The notes beneath the pieces were generated by a model. The model did no database searches. It had not been told where the DNA came from and worked only from the letters and a program-made list of their open reading frames with translations. Source: Octopus vulgaris (Eukaryota). Taken from it: a stretch of 64,000 nt of DNA. The stretch spans positions 20,460,001 through 20,524,000 of the forward strand of contig OX597820.1 in NCBI GenBank assembly GCA_951406725.2, in the 5' to 3' direction. Positions 12,284-25,593 of this stretch are shown one piece after another; position 1 is the stretch's first letter, and each line of letters starts with the position of its first letter. Both the position numbers and the translations under genes were made by a program.

Positions 12284-12660
12284 GGGAGAAATGTTTGTGT
12301 GTGTGTGTGTTTGTACTCATTCAATATGTATGAGCTTATTAAGCGTGGTTTCATATAGTGTGTGTATGTATGTGTGCCGTTTGTGTGCGAGAGTGCGTGT
12401 CTCTGTTATGTGATTGAGTTGCATGTGGGTGCTTGGGAATTTTATGATAAACGCATATCTCGTGCTATAGATATACTTCTGCATCTGCAGAAGCATCTAC
12501 AGTTATGAACAAACTTTAAAACACACACACACACACACATTCACAGACGCACACATACGCACACGTACACACACACACTCTTTCTGTGTCTCTCTGAGTG
12601 TCTGTCTCTTTCTCTCTCACACACACACATGTACACACATACACACACAAGCACATACCA
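11555..12660. repeat. Compound (CA)n/(CATA)n/(TG)n/(GA)n microsatellite field
   Basis: Direct reading. Confidence 0.9.
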
Positions 12661-13034
12661 GAACAAAGGACTACGCTCAACGCTTGAGAAGAGTCTTCAC
12701 GACACGCTCTGCTAATATCTCAGACTAAGATTCATGCTCGGATCAAAAGACAAACAACGATCACCTTCAAAGATGAGAGAAATAAACATATAAAACTTGT
12801 CATCAGCGAAATTAGCAACTTGTAGGTACATCTGCAAACCAATAAAGAAGACTCAAAGTGTTCACTCAGCCATATAGAAATAGCAGCCAAATCGCTTTCT
12901 TATCAGCCCTTGCATTCGTTTTGTTCTTTCTTTTTTTCAAATGTTTAAATCTCAAAGAAACAGCATAATGGATGATGTAATCTAAGATTCAGCACTTTCT
13001 TTTACCTGTCTTAGTTATTGTATTATGGACATGT

Positions 13035-13368
13035 TGAGACCTCCTTCGGTTATGACTGACCATGGGATTGCACCTAGAAAGTTACCCTCCCAGGCACAAG
13101 TCTGGGCAAGGTTGTTTTTATGGAAGACCAGCAGTCGCCCATGCATACCAGCTTCCCCTCTCCACATCACTGATGTTATCCAAGGGAAAGGCAAAGGCCG
13201 ATACAGCTTGACACCTGTGACGTCGCAACTTATTTGTACAGCTGAGTGAACTACATAAATAAAGTGTCTTGCTCAAGAAGGCAACACACAGCCCGGTCCA
13301 GGATTCGAACTCACGACATCACGATCGTAAGCTAAACGCTCTTAACCACTAAGCCACGCGCCTTCACA
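13035..13368 (-). mobile_element. SINE family 4 (tRNA head + CORE-like TTCTTGAGCAAGACACTTTA)
   Basis: Homologous to 23810-24130 (+); GAGTTCGAATCC B box. Confidence 0.75.
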
Positions 13369-13558
13369 TTATGGATATGCTTGAGAATTAATCAGACAAA
13401 TCAACTACAGTACAAATTTAGTTTAAGGTTAGTTTTATTGTTTCTGCCTCTTCTATCAAACTGCTATGTTACAAGTTAAGTATACAAGACAATACTGGCT
13501 GTCAAACACTCACTCGCCCACACAAGGACGCGCGTACACAAACACACACACACACTCA

Positions 13559-13625
<67 letters not shown>

Positions 13626-13919
13626 AAACGCATAACAGTTTATGTTTCATACTTAAATACATTTTTGAAAATTGGAGTGTGAGAACGCCAGAAGCATTTC
13701 TGTCTCCCTAAATGTTGTCAATAGCATGTAATCACAGCCAACCACTTGCTCAGATGAAATGTGTCGTCAACGATAGATAGGAAAACGGCAAACAAGCATT
13801 CACCGGTGTTGCGAATATCCACCAGGCTGAATAAATATCCGTAATATGCAACAGAAGCAATCTTCAGGGCGAATACTGCAGTAAATTTAACTTTCAACAA
13901 TTAAGTATGATACATAGAT

Positions 13920-14075
13920 GGAGTGGCTGTGTGGTAAGTAGCTTGCTTACCAGCCTCATGGTTCCGGGCTCAGTCCCACTGCGTGGCACCTTGGGCACGT
14001 GTCTTCTACTATAGCTTCAGGCCGACCAAAGCCTTGTGAGTGGATTTGGTAGACGGAAGCTGAAAGAAGCCCGTC

Positions 14076-14126
<51 letters not shown>

Positions 14127-14328
14127 CATATGTTTGTGTGTCTGTGTTTATCCCCTCAACATCGCTTGACAACCGATGCTGGTGTGTTTACGTCCCCGTT
14201 ACTTAGCGGTTCGGCAAAAGAGACCGATAGAATAAGTACTCGGCTTACAAAGTCGTGGGGTCGATTTGCTCGACTAAAGGCATGGCCACAGTCACATGAC
14301 TGAAACAAGTAAAAGAGTAAAGAGTAAA
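13920..14328 (+). mobile_element. SINE family 1
   Basis: Family match. Confidence 0.9.
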
Positions 14329-15126
14329 GAAATAATACTGTTCCTATAAAAGGTAACAGTTAAAGGATATTAATCGATATAGTATAACTAAGCTGAAACC
14401 ACATTGATTTCTACTTATTATGACGTACTATTTGTAACTAAAATATGCAAATGTCGAAATAATATGTCACACGAAGTTAGAAGTTTGAGTTTCGTATTCT
14501 TTTACTCTTTTTGGTTTCAGTCATCAGAACTTTGTTCAGGCTGCTGCATATTCTTCAATGGATTATAGCAAACCGTTTAGCCTCGCTCTCAGTTATCATT
14601 TCAGTCTTGTATCTATTTTATCGCAATTTATTTATTGAATTACTTTTTGACTTGATGTCAGTTTTACGTTTATAAACACATACATATACAGATACATATA
14701 GTTGTATTGGCATTTTCTGACTTAGACATGCGTTAGCCAGTTTCACAAACGTAAAACATGTCATCCTTAAATGAACTTCGTTCCTGTTAGTCAGTGATTG
14801 GAGGTCATGCTGAGGAGTCGGTAGTTGTATGACAGCCGATTATTCAACGCCTGCTGAATAGGAAACAGTTTTTATGCAACAGGTAAGAGTTGTGTCCCTT
14901 ACTGTCATTAAATATTTTTATTTAAATTTCAGTAAACTTCAATAAAAGTGCTTGAAACTATTATCAACTAGCGATTTAATATTAGCCAATATGTCGCCTC
15001 CTATTCCTAAAAACATCAGTCTGGAAGCATAGTTTTCTTATTATAGGATATACTAAGGCAGTTAAAAATGGCAGTTATGCATTGTGGAAGAATAACGAAA
15101 GGACCTTTTTATGTGTGCTCTAAATT

Positions 15127-16011
15127 GGTTTTAGGGCAACTGATACCAAGACAACTCATATCAGACAACTTCCTGGACAATTGATATCTAGGACATTTGA
15201 TATATAGGACAACTCATACGTAGACAATGGATATCTAGGACAACTAATATATAGGACAAGTCATACCTGGACAATGGATATCTAGAACGACTGATATATA
15301 GGACAACTCATTCATGGACAATTGATATCTAGGACAACTGATATATAGGACAACTCATACCTGGACAATTGATATCTAGGACAACTGATATATAGGACAA
15401 CTCATACCTGGACAATTGATATCTAAGACAACTGATATATAGGACAACTCATACCTGGACAATTGATATCTAAGACAACTGATATATAGGACAACTCATA
15501 CCTGGACAATTGATATCTAGGACAAATGATATATAGGACAACTGATATATAGAACAACTTATACCTGAAAAATTGATATCCAGGACAACTGATATATAGG
15601 ACAACACATACCTGGACAATTGATATATAGCACAACTGATATATAGGACAACTCATACCTGGACTATTGATATATAGCACAAATGATGTACAGGACAACT
15701 CATATATAGGACTACTCATAACAGGTATAAAGTGATAAATGTTTAATTTTGAAATAAATTTTGCGTGTATATGGTGTGTGTGTGTATGTGGTGTCTGTGT
15801 GTGTGCGTGTGTGTGTTTGTGTAGTGTGTACTTGTGTATGTGTACATGTTTGTGCGTGTGTGTGGTATGTGCGGTTATTTTATTCTTACTTGATTTTTCT
15901 TTCGAAATGAAATCTTTATCACTTTATACATGGTATAAATTGTCCTAGATATCAATTGTCCAGATATAAGTTGTCTGATATGAGTTGTCCGGCAATGAGT
16001 TGTCTGGCACA
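15127..16011. mobile_element. MULE/Foldback-like non-autonomous element with a 47-bp tandem array in its left arm
   Basis: 15136-15720 array of GGACAACTCATACCT-GGACAATTGATATCTA-GGACAACTGATATATA; same monomers inverted at 15940-16010; candidate 9-bp TSD CTCTAAATT/CTCCAAGTT. Confidence 0.6.
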
Positions 16012-16125
16012 CTCCAAGTTATGATAGAACAAAATATCCCTGTTTCGTTATCCAACCTCAAAGTTTCCAGATATAACAAGACAGGAAGGTGGCGTTTTAC
16101 CTCCTTGTCAATTTAGAAGTACACA

Positions 16126-16168
<43 letters not shown>

Positions 16169-16467
16169 ACAAACAAACACACACACACACATACACACAA
16201 ACAAAACACACACACACACACACATACACACACACACACACATATATATATACTGTATAAACCTTTATCGTGAAATGGTTGTCTATGAGTCCCACATATT
16301 ATCAAAAAGAGTGAGGATCTCCCTAAAACCACAGGTAGGTAAGGAAGTATCCTCTCAATTGACAGGTAAGTTGATTTTGGTAGTCACGGATGGGTGCCTG
16401 GGTGATTGTTGCGTTCAGTTTAATGTAAATTTGTTTATAACATAACATAAAACAACTAACATTGATA

Positions 16468-17176
16468 TAGGGTCTTCTCATAAATAAAGCGATTTTTTTC
16501 AATTGCATGAAGTAAAAGTTGGAGAGGGTCTTGCTACAAAAGCAGCTAGTAATTTTACCTTGTACTTAGTCTTAGTGCAAGTTTTGAAGAGTGCAGTTCG
16601 ATTTTAACAGTTATTTTTTTCAAAGATATAATGGAAGTAACAAAGGAGCATATTCGGCATATTTTGCTTTATGAGTTCAATAAAGACAACAACGGAACGG
16701 AAAGTGCGAGGAATATGAATGCAGTATATGGGGTTCGGACAATATGCATAAGCCAGTATCAACGTTGCAGAAATTCCGAGCCGAAAACTACAGACTAGAA
16801 GACGAACTTCGTCCTGGAAGATCTGTAGAGCTCGACGAACAAAATCCCATCGTAACTGCTGAGAAACTTGCAAAGAAACTTGGATTTGGTCATCCAACCA
16901 TTCATCGACACCTGCGTGCCATCGGAAAAGTCAACAAACTGAGTCAATAGGTTCCTCAGAAACTTTCCGAGTCTAATCGCGCGGCCACATTCAGCGAGGA
17001 TAACATTCCAAAGGCTGGAGCAGTTTGAATGGGAAACAATGCCACACCCACCGTATTCACCGGACATTGCCCCATCTGATTATCATTTATTCCGCAGTCT
17101 TCAAAATCATTTGGACGGAAAAAATATGAATTCTGTAGATGAGGTCAGAACAGTAGTGTAGGGGTATATTTCGTTA
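16468..17176 (+). mobile_element. Internally deleted mariner transposon relic
   Basis: MEVTKEHIRHILLYEFNK from 16631, LEDE.RPGR, HPPYSPDIAPSDYHLFRSL; frameshifts and stops. Confidence 0.9.
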
Positions 17177-17339
17177 GGGACCTAGTGTGCATGCACAGCA
17201 GAGTTCAAGATCAATCTTTGCCAAGGGTCTTCACTTTGCATGTTATAGCGTCATTACTATGGCAACAGTCCGGATACTTATTGACCAGACCTCGTCTATG
17301 TATATATCACGTGATCACGTGACCGACCAGTCCATCAGA

Positions 17340-17583
17340 TGTAGTTACACATCGCATTGTTTTAGCCTTCGAACGACGCCACCCCGCTGGCTAAGCGAGC
17401 AGGCCAACAGAAGAAAGAGTGGGAGAAAGAGTACAGCAGGGATCACCACCCCCTGCCGGAGCCTCGTGGAGCTTTTAGGTGTTTTCGCTCAATAAACACT
17501 CACAACGCCCGGTCTGGGAATCGAAACCGCGATCCTGCGACAGCGAGTCCGCTGCCCTAACCACTAGGCCATTGCTCCTCCAC
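17340..17583 (-). mobile_element. SINE family 3 variant
   Basis: Head and GCTCCACGAGGCTCCGGC segment shared with 7371-7757. Confidence 0.75.
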
Positions 17584-17592
17584 ATATGTATG

Positions 17593-17646
<54 letters not shown>

Positions 17647-17766
17647 GTGTATATACATACGTATATATATCATATATACATATATACGTGTATCTATATA
17701 TATGTGTGTATGTTTGTATTTATACACACACATACATACATACTTACATACATGCATACACATATA

Positions 17767-17824
<58 letters not shown>

Positions 17825-17830
<6 letters not shown>

Positions 17831-18108
17831 TTGTAGAGAATATGGTAACTTGTTCAGCCATAAAATTTATTTAATTTCATATAGCATATTACTTATAATG
17901 ACCTACACGTTCAAATGCACCCACTATTCACGGTTGCAGATGCAACCTTGTATTGTCGGTGCAGCTTCGTCACGGTCCATTCATCTGGTTATTCAACCGT
18001 GAGTTGTCGGTGCAGTGGAAATATGTGTAGATCATTATAATATGCTGTATAAAATTATGAAATGCATTTTATGATTGAACAAGTCTCCATACTCTTTATT
18101 ATTAATAA
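17825..18108. mobile_element. Palindromic MITE-like element in (TA)n
   Basis: ~110-bp imperfect inverted arms (..ACTTGTTCAGCCATAAAAT.. / ..ATTTTATGATTGAACAAGT..). Confidence 0.7.
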
Positions 18109-18664
18109 TGATATATATACTCCGGGCAATTTTTACAGTCCAGCGAAGCTTACACAGAATAACCCATCGGAAGAATCCACGGAGTGACTAGCAACAAACA
18201 AATAGGAACCACAGACGTTAAATACTGGTGAAAGAGATTAGCTGTTAACTGAAACTTAATTGAGAGCCAATACGTTATCCACCCGGATACGTTATCCACC
18301 CGGATAACATATCCCTCCAAGCTCATGTATATATATATATATATATGTAAGTATGTATGTATGTGTGTGTATAAATACAAACATACACACATATATATAG
18401 ATACACGTATATATGTATATATGATATATATACGTATGTATATACACTATATATACATATTTATGTGTACATACACACATACACGCACACACACACACAC
18501 GCACACGCACACACACGCACACACACACACATACACACACATTGATCAGATCGACGCTAACGTATGACCCTAGGTTTAACCACAATTCACTTTGTTAACC
18601 ATACACTTGGCAAACAGCTTAATGTGAACTCTGAGTCTTTGATCTGATATTATTGCTATATATA

Positions 18665-18794
18665 TATATAGTCAATCCAAACATGAACAAGCAAAAAAAA
18701 AAAGAAAAACAACAATGCGAGTACGTGGAATAAGTACAATGTTATTGGACGCTCAGGAAAGGATAGAAAAGAAAGATTTCACGTTTTGAGCGGA
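18665..18794 (-). mobile_element. (TA)n-anchored repeat family B fragment (truncated inside the hammerhead motif)
   Basis: Homologous to 33295-33505 and, inverted, 58880-59080. Confidence 0.6.
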
Positions 18795-18820
18795 TATATA
18801 TATATATATATCTGTATCTA

Positions 18821-18898
<78 letters not shown>

Positions 18899-18971
18899 GG
18901 CATTCGTTAAGTGTGACAGAGGCAGAATTAGTTTAAAATGGTAATTTGTGTATCGTACTTAAAACACATAT

Positions 18972-19605
18972 GTGCGTCCATGCTGCCAACAAAGCACGCG
19001 GAATTCTGTTCTTGATTCGACGGTCATTCGGAATGCTCACAGCAGCCATATTCCTACCACTCTATGTCACGCTGGTGAGACCCATATTGGAGTATGGGAT
19101 TCAAGCCTCTTCTCCTTATCTCCTCAAAGACATACAGCATCTCGAAAGAGTCCAGAAGCTGGCTACCCGCATGGTTCATGGTCTCAAAAATTTGTCCTAC
19201 GAAGAAAGGCTGAGGACGCTCGACCTTTATTCTCTTGAAAAACGCCGCCGCCGTAGTGATCTCATTCTCGCCCACAACATCATAAGCGGAAAGTGTAACC
19301 TCTCGAAAGAGCTGTTCTTCACTCCTGCTCCAGAGCGTCGGCTGCGGGGTCATTCCGAAAAGCTCTACCTGCGACGATTTCATCTCAATCGAAGGAGAGG
19401 AGCTTTCTCCGTCCGGGTTGCGGATCCGTGGAACAAGCTGCCAGACGAGATGGTGAAGATGCCGACGACCGCTTTGTTCAAAGCCTCCCTGGACCTCAAG
19501 TGGCCTGAACTCTTTACATGAACACCACCCTGTACTTAACATGTCCCCCTACATGGCCTTGCTATTTGCTTTTGAGCCAAATTAACTAACTAACTAACTA
19601 ACTAA
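18972..19605 (+). mobile_element. CR1-type LINE 3' fragment (RT C-terminus, 3'UTR, (TAAC)n tail)
   Basis: ORF 18946-19521: LYVTLVRPILEYG..LERVQKLATRMV.GLKNLSYEERL..WNKLP. Confidence 0.92.
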
Positions 19606-19671
19606 CATACAGTGTTAAAAAGCGCAAAAATATATCAGAAGCAGACTATGTATAAACATACATACATGCAT

Positions 19672-19728
<57 letters not shown>

Positions 19729-20478
19729 TATATAAATGTATATGTGTGTGTTTGTGTGTGTGTGTGTGTGTATGTGTGTGTTTCTGTGTGTCCGGTCGTC
19801 GTTTGTGCAGTGTCCCCATCTACGGTCTCTAACACACAAGATGTCCTTCAATCCTATGCTTGCTACAGAGGAAAACCCCTCCCAACATTTCTTCGTATTG
19901 AGATCGAACCCGGAAACAACATGCTGGCAAAATAGACTTCTTAACGACACGGCCATGTCTGGAACCATACTCAATATACATAATAAAATTTATTCTTGCT
20001 TTAAATTAAGCTTTTTAACTCTGAAGAGAAATTCGATAAACGGAAAAATTGTGGTATCTTATGCATAAGAAAGAAGCAATTAAGTTTTCTTCGTTTTCTT
20101 TTTAGTATCTGCCTCACCCTCTTGGTTTCCTCCCATCTCCTTATCTCCCTTGAGTTTTATAATTTGTTAAGTATTATTAATTTATTGATTTATTTTAAAA
20201 CGAAAGACGAAATGTATTTATATAAATAATTCAGTAACCAATATCGCGATATTGTAATAATGTTGATATAATGCTGCCGGATTCAATTTGTTATGTTGAA
20301 GAGAGATTAATCCCCGATATTAATGTGTAATTCATCTATAAATAAGCAAAAGCTTCTTTGTACATATTAATATAAATAGAGTTAAATTTTCCAAAATATT
20401 ACAGACACAAACAACGCACTCCCAACCGTACCTACGCATATGCGCACAATACGCCACAGAGACAATCCTCACGAAGTA

Positions 20479-21041
20479 TTGGGTTGTCCGGAAAGTTCGT
20501 GCCGATTTATAGTAGCTTACCTTTTAGAACATGGCTGAGTCCATAAAATAGGATTTGACTACACCTCCATTTAGAACACAGTTTAAGCTATTTTTCGTGG
20601 AAGAAGGTTTGTGTTCCTATAACCTGTGTTAATTCTGTAACCTTTTAAAATGGAAGATAAGTAAGTTTATTTTCGGCACTCGATGCTTTGGGAACCAGGG
20701 AACCAGACAAAAATTGGTGCATCTTGGCTGGATGTGTTACCCCACCCTCTATGTTCACCAGGTATTGCTCCTTCGGATTTCCACTTATTCAGGTCTCTGC
20801 AGAATAGTCTTAATGGTAAAAATTTAAATTCCTTGGATGATGTAAAAAGATACCTAGATGAATTCTTTGCCATGAAACCACCTCAATTCTGGGAAGAAGG
20901 TATTTTCAAGTTAATGGAAAGATAGAGACGCATTGTGCAACAAAATCGTTCATATTTGGTTGATTAAAAATGTAATGGCAAGTATTTATTGACCTTTTTT
21001 CTTTCCTTTAAAAATAGGCACAAACTTTCCGGACAACCCAA
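20479..21041 (+). mobile_element. Internally deleted mariner element (563 bp)
   Basis: TIRs TTGGGTTGTCCGGAAAGTTCGTGCCGATTT, TA TSD; HP..SPGIAPSDFHLFRSL, GIFKL.ER. Confidence 0.93.
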
Positions 21042-21869
21042 TACTTTAATCACCTCCCTCTCTTGTCTATTTCTCCCTTTGTATCTTTCTCTACAGGGTT
21101 ATATCCTGATCTTTAGAAACTTGAAAACTTGAAAGTGTGTTATATTCACATGAAGGGCAACCCTTCTGACCTAGCCAATTATCCACCTGTCGAACCGACT
21201 TTCAACATCCCAGAACTAATGAAAGTATGTATTTAAAACCAACTTGAACACCTTAATGACTAACGCTACAGTTTCCTTAGCATCAAATATGTTGGAGTTC
21301 TCTCCTATCTCTTTCGCCAACGGACCAAAAATTGGTTTAAATCAATTTTACTACACTGGTCACCAGCAAAGCATGTAACTGCTTGAAAATGAATCTCCTA
21401 GCAAAATACCTCATCTCTGGGTTCCATCAGACTAACGTCTCATAGATCAGTAACTTCTGTCACAAGGCTCAAAGGCATGACTGCTGGCAGATTTACCTCT
21501 AGCCTATACACTTTATCAACTTTGGTTTGTCATAAAATTCAGTTTGGCCCTTAAATTGTTTCTTTTATGCATTGACGGCCAATTTACCGCCAAAATCCAA
21601 TAAAGTCCTCATTTCTTTCCTCGTTAACACTCCCCATCAAAACGTCAATCGTATGGAACTTAGACACTTCACGCCGAACCTGCTCGGACATCGGAAACAA
21701 GCGTCGTAGAGCCCGACGAATCTCATAAACTAGCTTTGTGTACTTTCAGGCACATTATCATTCAGTAGAATTCCTCTTCTGAGACAGTTACCGCAGCGAA
21801 GGTTATACGAGGATAAAAGAAATGACGTGAGAGAATACTTATACTGTAAAGTTGATGTTTTGGAGTACC

Positions 21870-22286
21870 AATTTCTTTACTACCCACAAGGGGCTAAACA
21901 CAGAAGGGACAAACAAGGCCAGACAAACGGATTAAGTCGATTATATCGACCCCAGTGCGTAACTGGTACTTATTTAATCGACCCCGAAAGGATGAAAGGC
22001 AAAGTCGACCTCGGCGGAATTTGAACTCAGAACGTAGCGGCAGACGAAATACCTATTTCTTTACTACCCACAAGGTGCTACATACGGAGGAGACAATCAA
22101 GGACAGACAAACGGATTAAGTCGATTATATCGACCCCAGTGCGTAACTGGTACTTAATTGATCGATCTCGAAAGGATGTAAGGCAAAGTCGACCTCGGCG
22201 GAATTTGAACTCAGGACATAACGGCAGACGAAATACCGCTAAGCGTTTCGCCTAGCGTGCTAACGTTTCTGCCAGCTAGCCACCTT
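21870..22286 (-). mobile_element. SINE family 2, dimeric
   Basis: Two tandem body units plus one head. Confidence 0.88.
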
Positions 22287-22562
22287 GGACTACCATGAAT
22301 CATTCGGAGATTAGTGTGTTATTTTACTTCTCAGCACAATTGTATATATGGGTCACTTTCAGAATCACAAAAATTAGTGGTTTGGAGTTTAACTGCTCTT
22401 TCTAGTTGAGTCAGATATCCTATTCTTTAGGTATCTCTTTTGTGTTTAAATGTACAGTGTATTTTTCTCTGAATAATGTATAGTCTATCGACTATTTTTT
22501 CCTTCTCGCTAGACCACTGGTAACTAAGAATTTTTTCGATGAATATTCTTGCTACCCTAAGA

Positions 22563-22639
<77 letters not shown>

Positions 22640-23587
22640 GGGCACAGGGTCGTGTGTCATATAGCTAGCTAGAGGCGATGGCCTCTTGCAGCTAAGCAAC
22701 GGCAGCTTTCCTCCTATATTTATGGACTGCCATATTAGCTTGGCGATAACTGTTAATATCCAGTACCGCTGCCGTAGCCTCCTTTAGAGAGACTTAGAAA
22801 TAATAATATTCCTATTATATATATATATATATAATAGAAATATTATTATTTCTATGATATATATATATAGTTAACGTAAGCACATAAATAACTTTGCGTC
22901 CAAGCAATGTTGCTGAAATACTGAAAGAAGAGGCGACTTACGCTATTATTTAAGGCGTTCGAATTGATACCTCATCAATTAGAAAATTTCTGACAATAAA
23001 GTTAATTTTACACCAAATTATAACCGTTTTCCCCTTGACAGAGAATTCTGAATCTGTCATCATGGTCGTAAAAGAAAGACGGACGAAGAGGAAGAGAAAT
23101 TAATTGAACTATATAATTATATAATTCCAGCATTCTGGAATTATAGATTACCACACAATAAGCTACGCCAAACAAGTAAGCCGGGTGGATTGTATTTAAA
23201 TGTGGAAATAAGATTCTAGGCATTCAAATATAAAGACGTCTTAAAGATGAAACACGACTGTATTTTTGTTTTCGTTAAGTTGTGCAACTACACAGTATCC
23301 CACCATAAAAAAACAACAACACTATTTTAGAATGATTTAGAAATAATTTAGAAAGTAAAGAAAAAGAAAGCTTTTTAGAACAATTTAGAATAATTTAGCT
23401 GTCACCATCAATCAAAAAAATTTAGTTGTACATTTTCGAGTGAACGAAGGAGGCTGCTATGTAGTACTTCAACATGCTAGATATAACAGCTAAATAGCTC
23501 TGAAGTCATACCTTGCTGTATGAAGACGGTGGAGCTAGTGTGTGTGCGTGTGTGTGTGTGTGTATAAACACACAAATACATACACAT

Positions 23588-23672
<85 letters not shown>

Positions 23673-23809
23673 CATTCATCCATCCATCTATCCATCCATC
23701 CATCTTTCTATCTATCTATCTATCTATCTATTTGTCTGTCTGTCTGTCTGACTGTCTGCTTCACTCTTTCGATATATATACATACATACATATACATAAA
23801 TACATACAT

Positions 23810-24130
23810 GGCTCTGGTTACAGCGTCAGGCTCATAATCATGAGGTAGTGAGTTTGATACCTGGACCTGGTTGTGTGTTGTGTTCTTGAGCAAGACACTT
23901 TATTTCACGTTGTTCCTGTTCACTCACCTGTAGAAATGAGTTGCAGCGTCACTGGTGCCAAGTTGTATCCGTCTTTGCCTTTCTCTTGGATAAGACTGGT
24001 GGCGTGGAGAGGGGAGGCTGGTATGCATGGGAGACTACTGGTTTTTCATAAACAAATTTGCCCGACTTGTGCCTCGGAGGGGAACTTTCTAGCTGCAATC
24101 CCATGGTTAACCAAGACCGAAGGGAATCTT
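23810..24130 (+). mobile_element. SINE family 4
   Basis: Reverse-complement homology to 13035-13368. Confidence 0.7.
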
Positions 24131-24142
24131 AATCCTTTTTTC

Positions 24143-24177
24143 TACATGCATACATACATACATACATACATACATAA

Positions 24178-24208
<31 letters not shown>

Positions 24209-24268
24209 CATACATGCATGCATGCATGCATACATACATACATACATACATACATACAACATACATAA

Positions 24269-24299
<31 letters not shown>

Positions 24300-24380
24300 C
24301 ATAATTACATACATAATTACATACATACATACATACATAATTACATACATACATACATACATAATTACATACATACATAA

Positions 24381-24411
<31 letters not shown>

Positions 24412-24547
24412 CATGCATACATACATACATACATACATACATACATACATACATACATACATACATACATACATACATACATACATGCAGGAATCAAACT
24501 CACTACCTCATGATACATACATACATACGTACGTACATACATACATA
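24143..24547. repeat. (CATA)n microsatellite with CATAATTA variants
   Basis: Direct reading. Confidence 0.95.
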
Positions 24548-24697
24548 TTATTTGGTAAGGCTTTAACAAGTAGAATAACACTCGATCAGCTAAGAGAGTA
24601 AAGATAATGTTATACTTTTTAAAAACCCACAAGTTTTGCTAAATACAACTACCTAGGGTTTCCGGTTCGAAACATTAATATTATATATATATATCTA

Positions 24698-25029
24698 CTG
24701 ACACTTGTGCCGGTGGCAAGTAAAAAAAATAACATTCGAGCGAGGTCGTTGCCAGTGCCGTTGGACTGGCTCCTGAGCAGGTGGCACGTAAAAAACACCA
24801 TTTGAGCGTGGCTGTTGCCAGTACCGCCCGACTGGCCCTCGTGCCGGCAGCACGTAAAAGCACCCACTACACCCTCGGAGTGGTTGGCGTTAGGAAGGGC
24901 ATCCAGCTGTAGAAACTCTGCCAGATCAGATTGGAGCCTGGTGCAGCCATCTGGTTCGCCAGTTCGCAGTCAAATCGTCCAACCCATGCTAGCATGGAAA
25001 GCGGATGTTAAACGACGATGATGATGATG
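24698..25029 (+). mobile_element. 3' part of an RTE-related SINE with (GAT)n tail
   Basis: GGTTGGCGTTAGGAAGGGCATCCAGCTGTAGAAA motif, internal ~65-bp tandem units, (GAT)n end. Confidence 0.65.
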
Positions 25030-25037
25030 CTATATAA

Positions 25038-25249
25038 TCCTTTTATTCTTTTCTTCTACTTCTTTCAGTCTTGGCAGCGACTATGCTGGAGCACCGCCTC
25101 TAGTCGAACAAATCGATCCTAGAACTTATTCTTTGTAAAACTAGTACTTATTCTATCAGTGTCTTTTGTCGAACCGCTAAGTTACGGGGACGTAAACACA
25201 CCAACATCGGTTATCAAGTGATGGTGGTGGGACAAACACAGTCGCAAAA

Positions 25250-25286
<37 letters not shown>

Positions 25287-25429
25287 ACGGTCTTCCAGTT
25301 TACATCTGCCAAATCCACTCACAATGCTTTAGTCGGCCCGAGGCTATAGTAGAAGACACTTGTCGAAGGTTCCACGCAGTGGGACTGAACCCAGAATCAT
25401 GTTGTTGGAAAGCACAGCCACACCTGCAC

Positions 25430-25430
<1 letters not shown>
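25038..25430 (-). mobile_element. SINE family 1
   Basis: Family match. Confidence 0.85.
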
Positions 25431-25490
<60 letters not shown>

Positions 25491-25532
25491 TATATATACA
25501 TACATACATACATACATACATACATACATACA

Positions 25533-25593
<61 letters not shown>

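Noticed and set aside
14791-14888. Candidate exon (AG..CAG|GTAAG) with let-7-like and CTGAGGA..GAAAC motifs
   Set aside because: Stops in all frames; let-7 seed not matched; stems I/III do not form convincingly
15136-15720. Possible CRISPR-like array
   Set aside because: No unique spacers; contiguous tandem repeat in a eukaryotic context
21064-21860. Complex non-repetitive stretches (also 28440-29000, 37300-37750) resembling decayed coding DNA
   Set aside because: No recognisable motif in manual translation; needs BLASTX/HMM search
23842-23863. TGAGGTAG let-7 seed match
   Set aside because: Part of a SINE tRNA arm; no local pre-miRNA hairpin
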